Shown here in pieces: positions 36,716-48,902 of a stretch of 64,000 nucleotides of DNA. The position numbers were made by a program, and so were the translations under genes. The DNA comes from Vezdaea acicularis (lineage: Eukaryota): contig JAPEUI010000082.1 in the NCBI GenBank assembly GCA_026025075.1, positions 1 through 64,000 on the forward strand. Reading direction: 5' to 3'. Position 1 is the first letter of the stretch, and every line of letters starts with the position of its first letter. The notes below the pieces were generated by a model. The model worked only from the letters and a program-made list of their open reading frames with translations, did not search any database and had not been told where the DNA came from.

Positions 36716-37915
36716 TGCATGATCATTGGCAGGCGGCGGGGGATAAGAACGGTCCAGAGTTGCCAATGCGGGTCACGGCAAGGGCAGGAGATCGTCCGGT
36801 AGCCGGTCACTTATCGGGAAGCACGTCTCAGTCGGCCAGCCAATCAAGGGCGGCGGTTTGACAGCCGTAAGCCTTCGATGCTTGACACGAAGCAACTCTA
36901 ACGGCGGTCGACTAGGGACGGGACGACAGTCGGCGTCGAATCCGGGGTCGCTGTGCAAGCCGTCGAAGGGGATTGGTATCGCGTGTATCGCTGTGTTACT
37001 GCCAGGCGGAGGCGAATCCGCTTTAGGCTGCTGAGACTGGCGGCCGAGCGATCTCTTGCTTTTGCGGGTCTCGGGTCTCCGCGTTGGCGAGAGCGGCTTG
37101 CGGCGTGCGGCTTTCAGGCTTCGGCCCTTTCGTTGGGGGATGGGCGGCGGATGGTAGTTTGCGTTTGGTTGTGGGATTTGCTGCTGAAGAGGTGAAGGGA
37201 TGGGGTGACGGTGCGGTTCTCTCGAGGCGCATGGCGAAAGTGGGCATGGGTCCGAGGCAGGGTTCGTGCTCTAGCGTCATGTGGCCCGACGAGGGCAAAG
37301 GCGCCGTGTGGCCCTCATCGTCACTCGTCGCAAGGAAGGCCTCCTCCCAACGACGCCAATCTCGGCCTTGACCGCTGCTTGCACATCGAATCTCCCTCAC
37401 TGCAATCGGGCGCGAAAGCTTCAAGGCCACGGACTTGGAACCGAGCTGGCACCGCGGAACATGACATGCCACCCGGAAAACAATGCAAACGAAAGAGATC
37501 GAGGTATCAGCTATTTCTGTCTACAGTGCTCCTTCATCAAGCCGTTCTACATGACGATGCACCATCCAATCATCTATCCTTCGAGAACACACATTGCGGG
37601 ATCCCTGGAATGTTTCATAACCGCTGAGGTCATCTCTGTCGTGATTGTGTTTCGTCGCTGGTGTGGCGTAAGTGAAATAAAAAGTGGAGAAGCGGATGGT
37701 CCTGTTCCAACTCTCGTAAGGGGTGAATAGAAAAACAACGCTTCTGTCTATGATACATGTAGTCGAGTGGTGAAGAGAAGCAGCGTCCCGTTGTCCGGTA
37801 CCTATGACCGACAACTGGACATTTGGGAACACCAATCCGTTCCTGGATGATGACAACAGAAATGTTCGACGCTTACCGATCCATACATTCGCCAGCTAAT
37901 GTAAAAAAGGCATGA

Positions 37916-40900
37916 TCAGGCTCTGGCCTGTTTCGTCCTCACGGTTTCTCTCAATCGCCCGAGCCCTTTCATTGTATCTCGATGGTGCTCAAAGGCCACG
38001 TTCCAATGCTCTCGTACTCTCATATCCTCGTCAACGCCCTTCATGTACTTTAAGAAACCCCCAGACTCGCCTTCACTGGGGACGGATATCCAGTTCGTTG
38101 AGAGATCTCTAACTTCATCTTGCCGCGTGTTGAAGTGATCTAGCATCTTCTGGTTGAACTGACTCCATTTCACCATGTACGCCTTCATCTGTTGAAGGTA
38201 CGTGTTCCAGGAGCTGCTAGTTAGGGAGCCACTCGATGGTTCGGGGGGTGCTCTTGGAGGCATCGGCAACTCGAGACGCGGAGGTGCATAAGCTGGAATC
38301 GGAGGGTTCGAAGCGGCACGAGACTCGAAGGGAAGGTTGGTACCAAGATCGTTCATGTCGCGTAGACCAGAGCCGCTCCTTCCGAGAGGTTCGACATTCT
38401 TGAGATCACCCATATGAAGGCCCCCTGGTGGAGACGGGGCACGAGGTGGAATTGGAGGAGGAGGGACTGCTCGCCCTTTGCCAGCAGTACTACTAGCACC
38501 CTTGGAGAAGCTGCCTTCTTTTCGAGTTTCCGGTCTAGCACCTTCTGCCTCGTATGATCTGCTCTTTCGATACGAATCGGAGCGCTTCGTCTCTGCACCA
38601 TTTAACGATGGATGTGATCTTGAGAATGAGCCATTCCTTGGTGTTGCTGGGTCGATGTCCATCGCATTGCTGTCTCTTCCACTGCTTGCCCCAGAAGCCC
38701 GACCTTTCGAATCTCTTCGCCATGAATGAGGTATGACAATCTCCTCCTCACTATCTGAAGGATCGATGCTCACGTCCACAGAGGGGTGCTTGTTCGATGA
38801 TGACCTTTTGGTCGGTTTTGCAGGCCTAGTTCGCGAACTCTTTATGCGTGAGTCAGATCGTTTTGTATGGAGACCTTTGGAACGGGTGGGCGAAGATGGA
38901 TGGAAAATATTTGGCTCATGAAAGGTTTTCTCCCAATCTTCGGCCGAAAAAGTAGACTGATTGGGTGATGCTGGGTTCAATGGTACCTTCAAAGGCGGTA
39001 CTGGTACAGCTCCATTCATGCTCGCACCTTGACCAAGTCCAGAGGCGGCCTGTTGGAACGATGGCTGAGTTTTGCTTGAAGGTCTTACCCTGCTATTAGA
39101 GTCTCGCGATCCTTGACGGTCCCTATTGTCCATCATCTGTGGCTCTGAAAATATTTGCCCGTTTGGCCACGCACTAGGTACATTCCTAAATTGCGTATTC
39201 GGATCGGCTGTAGCGGGTTGGTTCTGAACGAAAGAAGCATCACGAGGTGGTGGCATAGTGTAGCTGAAGGGACTGCTGTCAGTATTAGCACTCTCTGGTA
39301 CCCAGACGAATCTCCAGCCCCCCGGACTTCTTCTAAGGCTGGGGAAAACAGAATGAGATGGCTTAGCTACAGGTGTAGTTAAGCCTCCAGCAAGTGAAAC
39401 GCCGGCTTGCGAGTCCGGAGAAGAAGAGGAAGATGAATTGGAAGAAGCGGGATAAGTTGGAATTTCACGCCAACCGTACTTTGAAGAGTCTGATTTTATC
39501 CCGTTCGACCCCAAGCCAGATGTCTCACGAGGGACTTTCCCGCCTAAGTCCATGCTATCAAATCGATCGACCGGAGGCCTGTAATCTGCCGAAATACGCG
39601 GCGATCCCCTGTCGTAAGACTCTTGATGTAGACTGGGTCTTCTTACTTTCGCTTTGACTGTCTTAGGTGATCGCTTTTTCTTTTCTTTCCTCCGCTCTAG
39701 GTCTTCCTGTGTCATTGTGGCGCAGGTCTCTTTTGCATATCGATCTGTATCGCTACTGGTGTCGTCTTCATTGATCACGGGTCTCCTTGAACGGTAGCTG
39801 CCACCATTCTGTTCTTTACTGTGCCTCAGATGTGCTTCTGCTGAGTTAGTCCTTCGTGGGGGAGAGTCGCCGGGGGTGCCGTGAGAAGTTTTATACCCAG
39901 ATTGATAGTCGGAATCGTAACGCCGTCGAGGTGGACTTGCACTTCGGTGCCGGTCCGAGCTACCAGCCGAGGTCACGTTATGTAGACTGCTAGGATTGAA
40001 AGCCTTCCGTTCGTTTGAACCTGCATTTAGGCTTGCAGATCGCGCGAATGACTCGCTGAAAGGGTTGTTCAAATTTAGTTTCTCCCCACCTGCGGTTGCA
40101 TAGGGCGTGCTACGAGGATCTGTGGAAAAATCTTCAACTTTCGCTGCAAACGTCGCCCGTGGCATTTCTCTTTGGGGCAGATCTGGTCTCTTTGAGGTAG
40201 GAGAGACTTCAGGAGAGGGTTCACGTCTACTGTGATCTCGCGAGGAGAATAAAGGGTCACCCCGAGGAACGTTGTAGTAGGCCGCGTTGCTCTTGGCGGG
40301 GGGCTCGTCTCCGTTGGGATCATTGGGGGCAAATCCTGATCGTCTTGAAGTGCGAGTGCTCTGACTTCGATTGAGGCCCGGAGGAGGTCCTGGAGGCGGC
40401 GGGGCCCTACATCAAAATTAGAAAGTTGCATCAAACGTCGTGAGGGCGCTACTGACCTTGGAGGCACAATCGGCGGCGACCTAGGCCTGGCTGTGCCGTT
40501 TTGAGCTGAGCGACCATCACTTTGTGCCGGACGCCCGTACATGCTTTGCCATGCCTTGTACTGGTTGGTAGCTCTTGCTTTTGCCTCATCCTGCTCTGCT
40601 GATTGTGATTTCGAGGTGGATTCGAATTTGCTGTAATGACTGGTCCTGTTTGCAGCTCCTGTCTGATACGTAGGGCGCTGTTGGCTTTGAGGTTGTTTTT
40701 GAGTTTGAGTCCTCCTCGGGGGCGGAGGATAGTATGAGGTCGCAGTGTAAGGGTTTCTACCAGGCATGCTAGGCCTAGTGGCCGCGTAGTTTGCTCGGAT
40801 TCGATCATATTTTGCTCTTTCTTGTGGATCTGTGAGGATTTCATGTGCAGACTGTATGGCTTGGAACTTCGAGTTGAATTCTTTCTCATGCCCTTGATTC

Positions 40901-41079
40901 CGATCTGGGTGGTACAGTAGAGCTAGTAGATAGTCTTAGTGATCACGAGGTCCAACATGAAAGTCCAGCGTAAGGAGCTCACCTAGCTTTTTGAATTGCT
41001 TCTTGATCTCGGTGATGTCTGCGTCCGGAGATATCTCGAGATCGGCATAGTAATTCCTTGTCGGATCAGCTTTGGCCAT
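37916..41079 (-). CDS. DnaJ (J-domain) protein with a long disordered body; introns 40923-40982, ~40410-40456 and an optional in-frame 39276-39479
   Basis: [16 protein letters not shown]...[18 protein letters not shown]...[21 protein letters not shown]-terminal W..YL..MKAYM.KW..FN.KML.HF...D.RVREHW domain. Confidence 0.9.
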
Positions 41080-43055
41080 GTTTGCGAACTCGTTCGAGCC
41101 CTAAGACTTATGACTTTTTCGGCTGAAGCAGGACTGGTGACCTGGTGAGGGCGCGTTGCAAGCCAGGCCAATGCTACAAGAGCACCGCCGTGGTGAGAAC
41201 GGACGGCGCCACGGATGTTGACTACGCGGATAGAAAAGAGTAGCCAGGTGTTTTTGACGGCCAAAATGAGGGTTGTTAGTATGCAGGCTGCCGTTAGTGG
41301 CTGCGTGTTATCTGCCTGAGGATGGCCCGTGCGTGCGAGAGTGAAGATCGAGTTTGACGATGGCTGGAATGTTTCTGTCCCAAATGGCGCAAGCCTCGGC
41401 AGGCCCTATCGTGGGCGATGTCCGGGTTGCTGGATATTGAAGCCCAATGCCCCGAGATGCGTCGAGGATTTGGTCGCGTACAAGCCTGTGCGCGGTACGC
41501 CGTCTTCCTGGCGTCCGGTCGCTGCGAAGCACAAGAGTGTGAAGGTTCTGTATCGTATCTTCGGACGGAAGCAGCCGAAGGCACCGTTGACAGTGCGGAG
41601 TTTAATTGCCGTTCACCGCCGTCATAAAATGCTGTCTATTGACGGGCCGTGAACGTTGACGATGGAACAGGTCAAACGTGCAGACTTGGCTCACAAAGGC
41701 AGAGAGAGATTATGAAGGCCAACAACAGAGAACACAGGTGATCTGCCGAAGAATTACGTAGAGCTGGAATCTGTGATGTTGATTGAAATCAGATCGCCAG
41801 TGGATTTCGGGCAGGGAAGTCGAGTTAAGTGGGAGGCACCGCCGAACGATTAGCCTAGTTGCTGAGCTGTCAAGAGGCAGGTACTACGTTGTCGCCAATG
41901 GCCACAAAGCCTCAAGATTCGTCGTTCCAGATGCGGAGCGGTTCTCGAGGCTTGTGTGAGACAGCGAGATCAGGCAGGGTTCTCAGTCGAGTCTGTAAAG
42001 TCAACAGGCGTGTTCGACGTTTGCAGACACGACCGCCTAGTTGGCGGGATGGATTCGGGGCCCTGCTCGCTCTTCTACGAAAAGTGTGAGCTGGCCGTGG
42101 TCGCCCCACCCTCTTCGATCGATGTTCCCTGTCGCGCGCCAGCTGCTTAATTCGGGCACTAATTGCTTTTACGGTGGGCGAACATGCAATATGACCATTC
42201 ACATGGGCATCAAAGATCCGCTTGGACCGTCATCCCATCCGATCAGATCAGATCCTTTGCTTTGATGATGCCTTAGCGATGTTGACACTTTGAGTCACAC
42301 AATGATCCGAAGGGCTTACGACTGATGCTTTTTTAAGTGCGCTATGCTGATGTATGAGTCCGGAAGCTAATTAGATTTGTATAGAGGAGACTAATCAAGA
42401 TCTCGTGCTCCTGGTCTGTTGCTCAATTGAGTGCGTTTGTGACCTTTGCAGAGTGGCTTCAGTGCGATAGACAACCCCATCCGGATTGCTGACTCCCTTC
42501 TATCAAACTTGATCCTCGTACAAACTGGCCTGCTCCGCTTTCTTGCACATGATCAGCTTATTAAGCCCCTCCTGCCAACTTCAAAATTGAGCTTCGTGAG
42601 CCCATTGTTGGTCAAAGGTTCAAGAGTTGGGATTTGGCTATGTCATACTATGCGTCATAGCTGTAGAGGAAGTACACAAAAATGCTCATGTTATCTCTCC
42701 TCCGCTTTGCCTTCCGCAGGGGAAAGCTTCGAATATCTGACTGAGAGGCCGTCTATAAACCCAAAGCATCTAAGGCCTCAGTCATTTCCTTCAATCCAAA
42801 CTCTGTGGGTGTGGCGACTCATATACCATAAACAACTCATGGTGTTGTTGGAACGACCGAACAAATTCTTGTGCGGAGCCGGCAAGTTCCATTGCGGGAC
42901 GAGCCGAGCGGCGTTCATGAGCAAGCACCTACAAATTGTAAGGAATACATGTAGTCTCACGCCAATAGAATGAAACACGTCCTGTGCGCCTTTCCTCACA
43001 TTGCCAGAATACAATTTCCCATCTCGCCTTTAGGTTCATCTTAACCATCGCCAGC

Positions 43056-43745
43056 ATGGGCGATAACGCCCGGAAGTCTGCCTACGGTACCCCCGCCTCA
43101 GATACATCATTTCGCAAGACATGGGACAAAGACGAATATGCACAGAAGGCCGCTGTTCGGGAGTCGAAAGAGAAGGAGGAGTCAAAAGCCCGCTATGAAG
43201 CCAAGCTCGCAGGCAAGAAATACATTCCGCGAGCCTCGACACCGCCAGATACGAGAGAAACGACGGCGCGGTCTCAACGGCTCGATGTTTCCAGTTTCGT
43301 TGGAAAGACCAGTCTTGTCCCGGCAGGGTCTGCGATGGGGAAGCGAGGCAAGGGCGCAGGCTTTTGGTGTGAAGACTGTGATTTGACTTTCAAGGATAAC
43401 CTTCAATGGGTGGAACATCTAAACAGCAAGCAGCATCTTGTCGCCACGGGTCAGACGGGGGAGGTTCGGAGGGCTACGGTGGAGGAGGTTAAGGAACGGT
43501 TGAGGTGGCTGAGCGAGAAGAAGAAAGAGGAGCAGAAGGGTGAAGTGGTGGAGCTGGGGGAACGTCTGAAAGTACGCGCAGAGGAAGACGAGAAGGAGAA
43601 GGAGGCGCGCCGAGAAAGGCGACGGGAACAACGTAGGTCCAAAAGGGAGGGCTCTGAGGAGCACAAGTTCAAGGCTGAGGAAGAAGGCGAAGACGAAATG
43701 GCAAAAATGATGGGCTTTGGTGGGTTCGGGAGCACAAAAGTCTAG
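43056..43745 (+). CDS. SNU23: U4/U6.U5 tri-snRNP zinc-finger protein Snu23/ZMAT2
   Basis: DTSFRKTWDKDEY, GFWCEDCDLTFKDNLQWVEHLNSKQH (matrin-type zinc finger), RATVEEVKERL, MAKMMGFGGFGSTK. Confidence 0.93.
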   Translation: MGDNARKSAYGTPASDTSFRKTWDKDEYAQKAAVRESKEKEESKARYEAKLAGKKYIPRASTPPDTRETTARSQRLDVSSFVGKTSLVPAGSAMGKRGKGAGFWCEDCDLTFKDNLQWVEHLNSKQHLVATGQTGEVRRATVEEVKERLRWLSEKKKEEQKGEVVELGERLKVRAEEDEKEKEARRERRREQRRSKREGSEEHKFKAEEEGEDEMAKMMGFGGFGSTKV

Positions 43746-43999
43746 CACAGCATGGTGGCGTCAAAATTATATACCCAGTTCTGGATTTTGGTTTCATGGA
43801 TCTGCAGCCCCGCATATTTCCCTCCCAGTAGCGCCGTGTATGGTCCCTCCATAGTATCTGTCAATGCATTCGCAGCATCATGCCTCATTGCCCGTGCCAT
43901 TCACGTTCCGTATATACGCCATGATGCAACCTAGAAAGGAGAAATTTGAGGTATCATTCGTCCCCTGTACATGCGAGGTATGCAATCGTGGCGAAGATC

Positions 44000-45419
44000 T
44001 TAGATCTAGGCATGTGTGTTAGGTACAGGCTTAGAGGTTCCAAGGATTAGCTAAGTAACTTACGAGCTTCAAAGGAGTACGGTTGAGAGACTTTCCGAAG
44101 TTCTTCATTGCGCGACTCTTATTGTTACGATGTTGCAGTCTTCGAAAAGCTTCTTCTACGTGGTTCGGCTCAATAGGAGTTCTGCCTTCTTCAGGTGGGT
44201 CAAACAGTCCTCTCTCACGCTTCCTCTTGCGGTCCTTGCTTTCGCCACCATGCTCTCTCTTGAATAACTCTTCCGCTTCTTTAACCCTCAGGGCTTCCTC
44301 TGTCAGAGTCTGGACCATCTCGAATGTAAGGAATCCAAGAATGTCGATAATGTCGTCATTTGGCTTGCTGTCAGTGACAATTCCAAACCCAGCCCATTCC
44401 TTGAATCTTTTGCCTTTACGAAAGGTGAAGGATGCTTGCCGACACTCTGACCAGTGAACGTACTCCTCTTTGGTCATGTTCTTAGTGCGTTCATCGGCGG
44501 TCTTCAGACGCTGCAAGGTAGCCGAAGTCATCTCTTCCTCGTCTTCATCCTCTTCGTCATCCCTCTCAGGCACTGTCTCATTGTAGAAGCTCGCAACATC
44601 CCATGGCAGTCCCACTTTTGCTTTCTTGTTCTTCTTTCCAGCATCCGCTGTTGGTCCGCTTTGCCCTAGCACACCGGCTCCAGTGTCTCCTTCAGCAGTG
44701 AGGTCAGCACCACCATCACCCCCCTTCTCCTCAGAGTCTTTGAGATTCTTGCGGACATCTTTCCATGACAAGAATGTGCGTAATCTCGAAACTTTCGCTT
44801 TGTCGTGTCGAATGAGGAAGATAAGATCGTCAGTTGAGATGGAACGCACACCACGCCGGGCAGCTTGAGCTGTACACTGGGACAGCTAGAGAATGTTTAG
44901 AGGCTGCCCATCAGATGAATCAGATCTGAAGTAAGACTTACGATCTCAATGACTTGCTGACGTACGATCTCCTCAATCATTCCAGTAGTATCTACAGAGG
45001 GTTCCGCAGTCTCTCCTGACACAAACATCATCTGTTGAATCCACTCAATTAGCTCCTCATCCTTGCCATCGGGGCTTGCAGGCTCTATTTTCATAGATTG
45101 AGACATGTTATTTGAGTGAGAGCTTGTGTCACTACGACTTGCAAGGACCCTCAAGATCAAATATGGATGATATGAAATGCAAAAGAAAGTTCCAAGTCAA
45201 AGTACTTGCAAAGTTCCAGGAAGTTTTTTGTGTGTAGGAAGCTACATCACCAGATTTTTTCAGAGATGGGGACTGGGGTGCGATCGGATTTCAAGCAAAT
45301 GCCTTGCAGAGTGAAATCGAATCGCCCCCTGAAGGGGAAGGCTGCCGATTGGTACTGGGGAAAATGCTTCTGTTTACCTGCTGAATCTCCACTCGGTACT
45401 TCGCCGACTTGTCCGCCAT
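44000..45419 (-). CDS. SPT3: SAGA complex subunit Spt3 (exons 45419-45378, 45031-44942, 44885-44064, 44005-44000)
   Basis: [83 protein letters not shown]. Confidence 0.96.
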
Positions 45420-45668
45420 GCTTTCTTATTACTGTCTGAACAGTTCGCAAGCCGATCAGTTTTGTTTTCGGCAAAGAATCGAGTCATCAGTGGGATGTGG
45501 ATATGAGATGTGTTTCCGCACTTTCATTCGGGTGGCTGGCAGAACGTTACACCGCCTTTCACATCCATGGCCAATTACATACGCTAGTTAGTGGACCAAC
45601 CACCTTGGACACTCAAATATCAAACATTATCGCACAATAGTCTACGCAACCCGGCTCGACATCTCACA

Positions 45669-46646
45669 ATGCTCTACCTTGTTGGGCTAGGGCTCGCTGA
45701 TGAAACAGACATCACAGTCAAGGGTCTTGATATTGTGAAGAAAGCTGAACGAGTCTATCTTGAAGCTTACACGAGTGTATTACTGGTCAGCAAGGAGAAA
45801 CTTGTATGACAGCTTTGCACCATTCGGTTCAGCTACCTAATCTATATTAACATTTTAATCCCAGTAGGAAGCCTATTATGCCCGAGAAGTAATTCTCGCT
45901 GACCGTGAAATGGTTGAGTCCTCCAGCGATGATATCTTAGCTGGAGCGGACAAATGCGATGTGGCCTTCCTTGTGGTTGGGGATCCCTTTGGGTGAGGGA
46001 CTCTGGAGAGAGATCTTATTCTGAGAGTATATGTTGATACTTCATCAGGGCAACAACACATAGTGACCTGGTCCTGCGTGCCCGTACCCTCCATATTCCT
46101 ACACGATCAATACCCAATGCCTCTATCTTGAACGCGATTGGTGCTACTGGACTGCAGCTTTACAACTTTGGTCAAACCGTGAGCATGGTGTTCTTTACAA
46201 ACGCATGGAAACCATCATCATTCTATGATCGCATAAAGGAGAACAGGCAGATTGGGCTACATACACTCGTCCTGCTAGACATCAAAGTCAAGGAGCAAAG
46301 CCTTGAGAATCTTACTCGAGGAAGAAGGATATTCGAGCCACCAAGATACATGACAGTGTCACAATGTGCAGAACAAATGCTTGAGATCGAGAAAATTAAA
46401 CAAGAGGTTGTGTATGGACCTGACTCGCTGGCCATAGGCGTGGCAAGGCTTGGTTCTCAAGATCAGAAGATACTCTGTGGCACATTGAAGCAACTCTGCA
46501 CATCAGAGCTGGGCCCGCCATTGCACTCGTTAGTCCTCCTGGGGAGAAGGACACACGATCTTGAAAAGGAGTTCATAGAGGAGTTTGCTATCAACAAGGA
46601 GCTATTCAACATGGTATGGGATAGAGACTATGCCGGCAAGCAATAA
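45669..46646 (+). CDS. DPH5: Diphthine methyl ester synthase (3 exons)
   Basis: [20 protein letters not shown]...[57 protein letters not shown]. Confidence 0.97.
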
Positions 46647-47133
46647 GGGTTTGAAGGCGAGTTATACCGCTAAGAAGACTTCGAATACTCATTTAATTGA
46701 GGTGTTATAAGCCTTCGTATGTCTCATCGCGTTACCCCTTGTCTACCTCCTAAGGAGGGTGTGCACTTGTGTAAATGGCAATACTACCACTCCCTGGCTT
46801 TACTACTATTTTGTTCCATGCATATATCCTCTGTTTAACATGTTATCGTAGTCGAATGGCTCTATGACCAAAATTCTGACATGTTGGTATTGCAAATGTA
46901 CTTAACGCCTATCTACCACAGCCCACGCGCCTCTTACCGAACATCTCCACGACCCCCGTCACAAACCCCAGCCTCCGACCGGGATGGCGCCGCATGCCAC
47001 GCCAACAAGCCTTCACAGTTCCAACAATGGCGCAAACCCTGCAGGACAATTCCCAGATTAAGCTTATAACAAACTATTGGAGCCCTCTATGCAATCGCAA
47101 GGCCCGGGTCTGTAACTTGAGCTCAGCATCACC

Positions 47134-47877
47134 ATGCCGATCTACCTCGTCCACGGCTTCCAATGGCCACGAATCCTAATCCGGCAACACACCGCGAACT
47201 TCGACATCGACGACTGCGCGCCCGACTGGGTACACATGGGCTCTCCCTCATCAACCGCGCTACTAGACTCACTGCACCACCTCTACCCATCCCTAATGGA
47301 GTCCTTGGACTCCGAGCACACCGACATCCAGCTTATCGAGGAGTACTCGCAGACCGAAGCCTCTGCTATGCCCAAGAACTTCGTCTACGTGTGTGACAGG
47401 GTCAAGCGGCTCGAGGGCTGCTCACTGGACGTGGGGGATACGGCGGGGAGGGAGTGGGGGCTGGGCGATGGGCCTGATGAGAGGATGGTGAAGCTAAGGG
47501 ATGAGCTGGCGGCAGGGGCGAAGGTCGGGCTTTGGCTTGTTTGCTGCGATGATGAGACAAGGTTGCCGCCGGTTCCTGGGAAAGATGGGGAGGGTGGGAC
47601 GGAAGAGGGATATGGGAGGAACGGCGAGAGCAATGGGAGGAAAGAGGCGTCGGATGAGCGCCGGACGGAGCAGCTTAAGAGTCTCCCCAAGAGGGAAAAG
47701 CCTTTGCCTACTCCTCCAGCGAGCACTCAGAGGCCTAAGGGAGTAAGTTTGTTCTTCACCAACTTGGAGTTTGCGTGCTAATGAGGATAGCCTCCTACAC
47801 AACCTCCACCATCTAATCCTTTGTCACCAATAAGATCATTATTTAGAAGAAAGAGCAGGCCAATGCAGGGGTCTTAG
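47134..47877 (+). CDS. Conserved fungal hypothetical protein; intron 47743-47790
   Basis: Kozak-like CACCATG; MPIYLVHGFQWPR..IRQH...DDCAPDW...LRDELA.GAKVGLWLVCCDDE.R is typical of a fungal family of unknown function. Confidence 0.75.
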
Positions 47878-48146
47878 TTTTTGATTACATATCACTAGGT
47901 TGGCTGGCTTTCACGGTAAGAATCAAATTTAAGATAGTGATTGATCACAAGCACACCAGGGACTTTGGCGCTAGGGTCTCAATCTTCAAGACAATCTAGA
48001 AAAGTCCGATATGAATACGATCTTCCTGTAATTGATGGTTCAAAGCCTTTCACCGACCTATATTTTCTACATGCAAGGGGGACTAAGAGTGCCTATTCCA
48101 TCGGCGTTGAGAGCCTAGGCCATCGCTATCAACCACTTTGACAGAT

Positions 48147-48902
48147 TTACGAGACCATCTGGGATGATTGTCTCCCTACGATTTATGTTAGCGACTAAAG
48201 TCTATCATTGATAAGCCCGACATTGCTTCCACTCACACGTCTGCAACTCCTCATTGCTCAGCTGTCGTAACTTGTTCACCGATGGTGCGTCTCCGGTCAA
48301 AACACCCTTCGCCAACTCCACGCCCCGCGTCACAGCCGAGTGCCTTGCAAGCGCATATGTCGCTGTCTCGGTCGCAACTCTGATGATGCCAATTCTTGGA
48401 TCGTCGGGGCCACCGTCGTGCTTCCCATCTCCGAGGTCGCCAACCCAGGCTTTCAGGGCGGGCGAGTAGTACTTCTTGACAAGTCCTCGATCGGTGATTA
48501 CTTCAGCTTTGCCAGAGACTGACGCCCATTCGCCGGAAGAGTTGAGGAAGGCAATGTTGATATTCGGGTCGGAGGCCAACTCGTCCGTCTTGCCTGATTC
48601 GGTGTTTGTATGGAAGAGGAGGTCAACGCCGTTTTCCTAATAAAGTCAGCTCCGCAATTGATTGGACCCTATCGATGATAGAAAGAGAATGTTCGCACCT
48701 TTGCCGCTAAGGCCATACATCGCGATACCAACAAGCCAGTAGAGTCTTGCCTTGTTGTCATCATGCCAAATTTGCTGCTTTCAATGAAGGTGATCAGATC
48801 TGTGACCTTCTCCTTGATGTTCGGCTCATCCAAGTTCTTTGCCTTGTACGGATCAGCAGACTTGCCGCCCGTTGAAGTGTTGCTAAATTCTTTGCTCGAC
48901 AT
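48147..48902 (-). CDS. bli-3: Blue-light-inducible protein Bli-3 (FMN-binding split barrel, pyridoxamine 5'-phosphate oxidase-like); introns 48637-48698 and 48176-48236
   Basis: FSNTSTGGK.ADPYKAKN, KFGMMTTR...LVSRCMALAAKE, DLLFHTNTESGKTDEL, YSPALKAWVGDLGDGKHDGGPDDPRIG. Confidence 0.92.
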
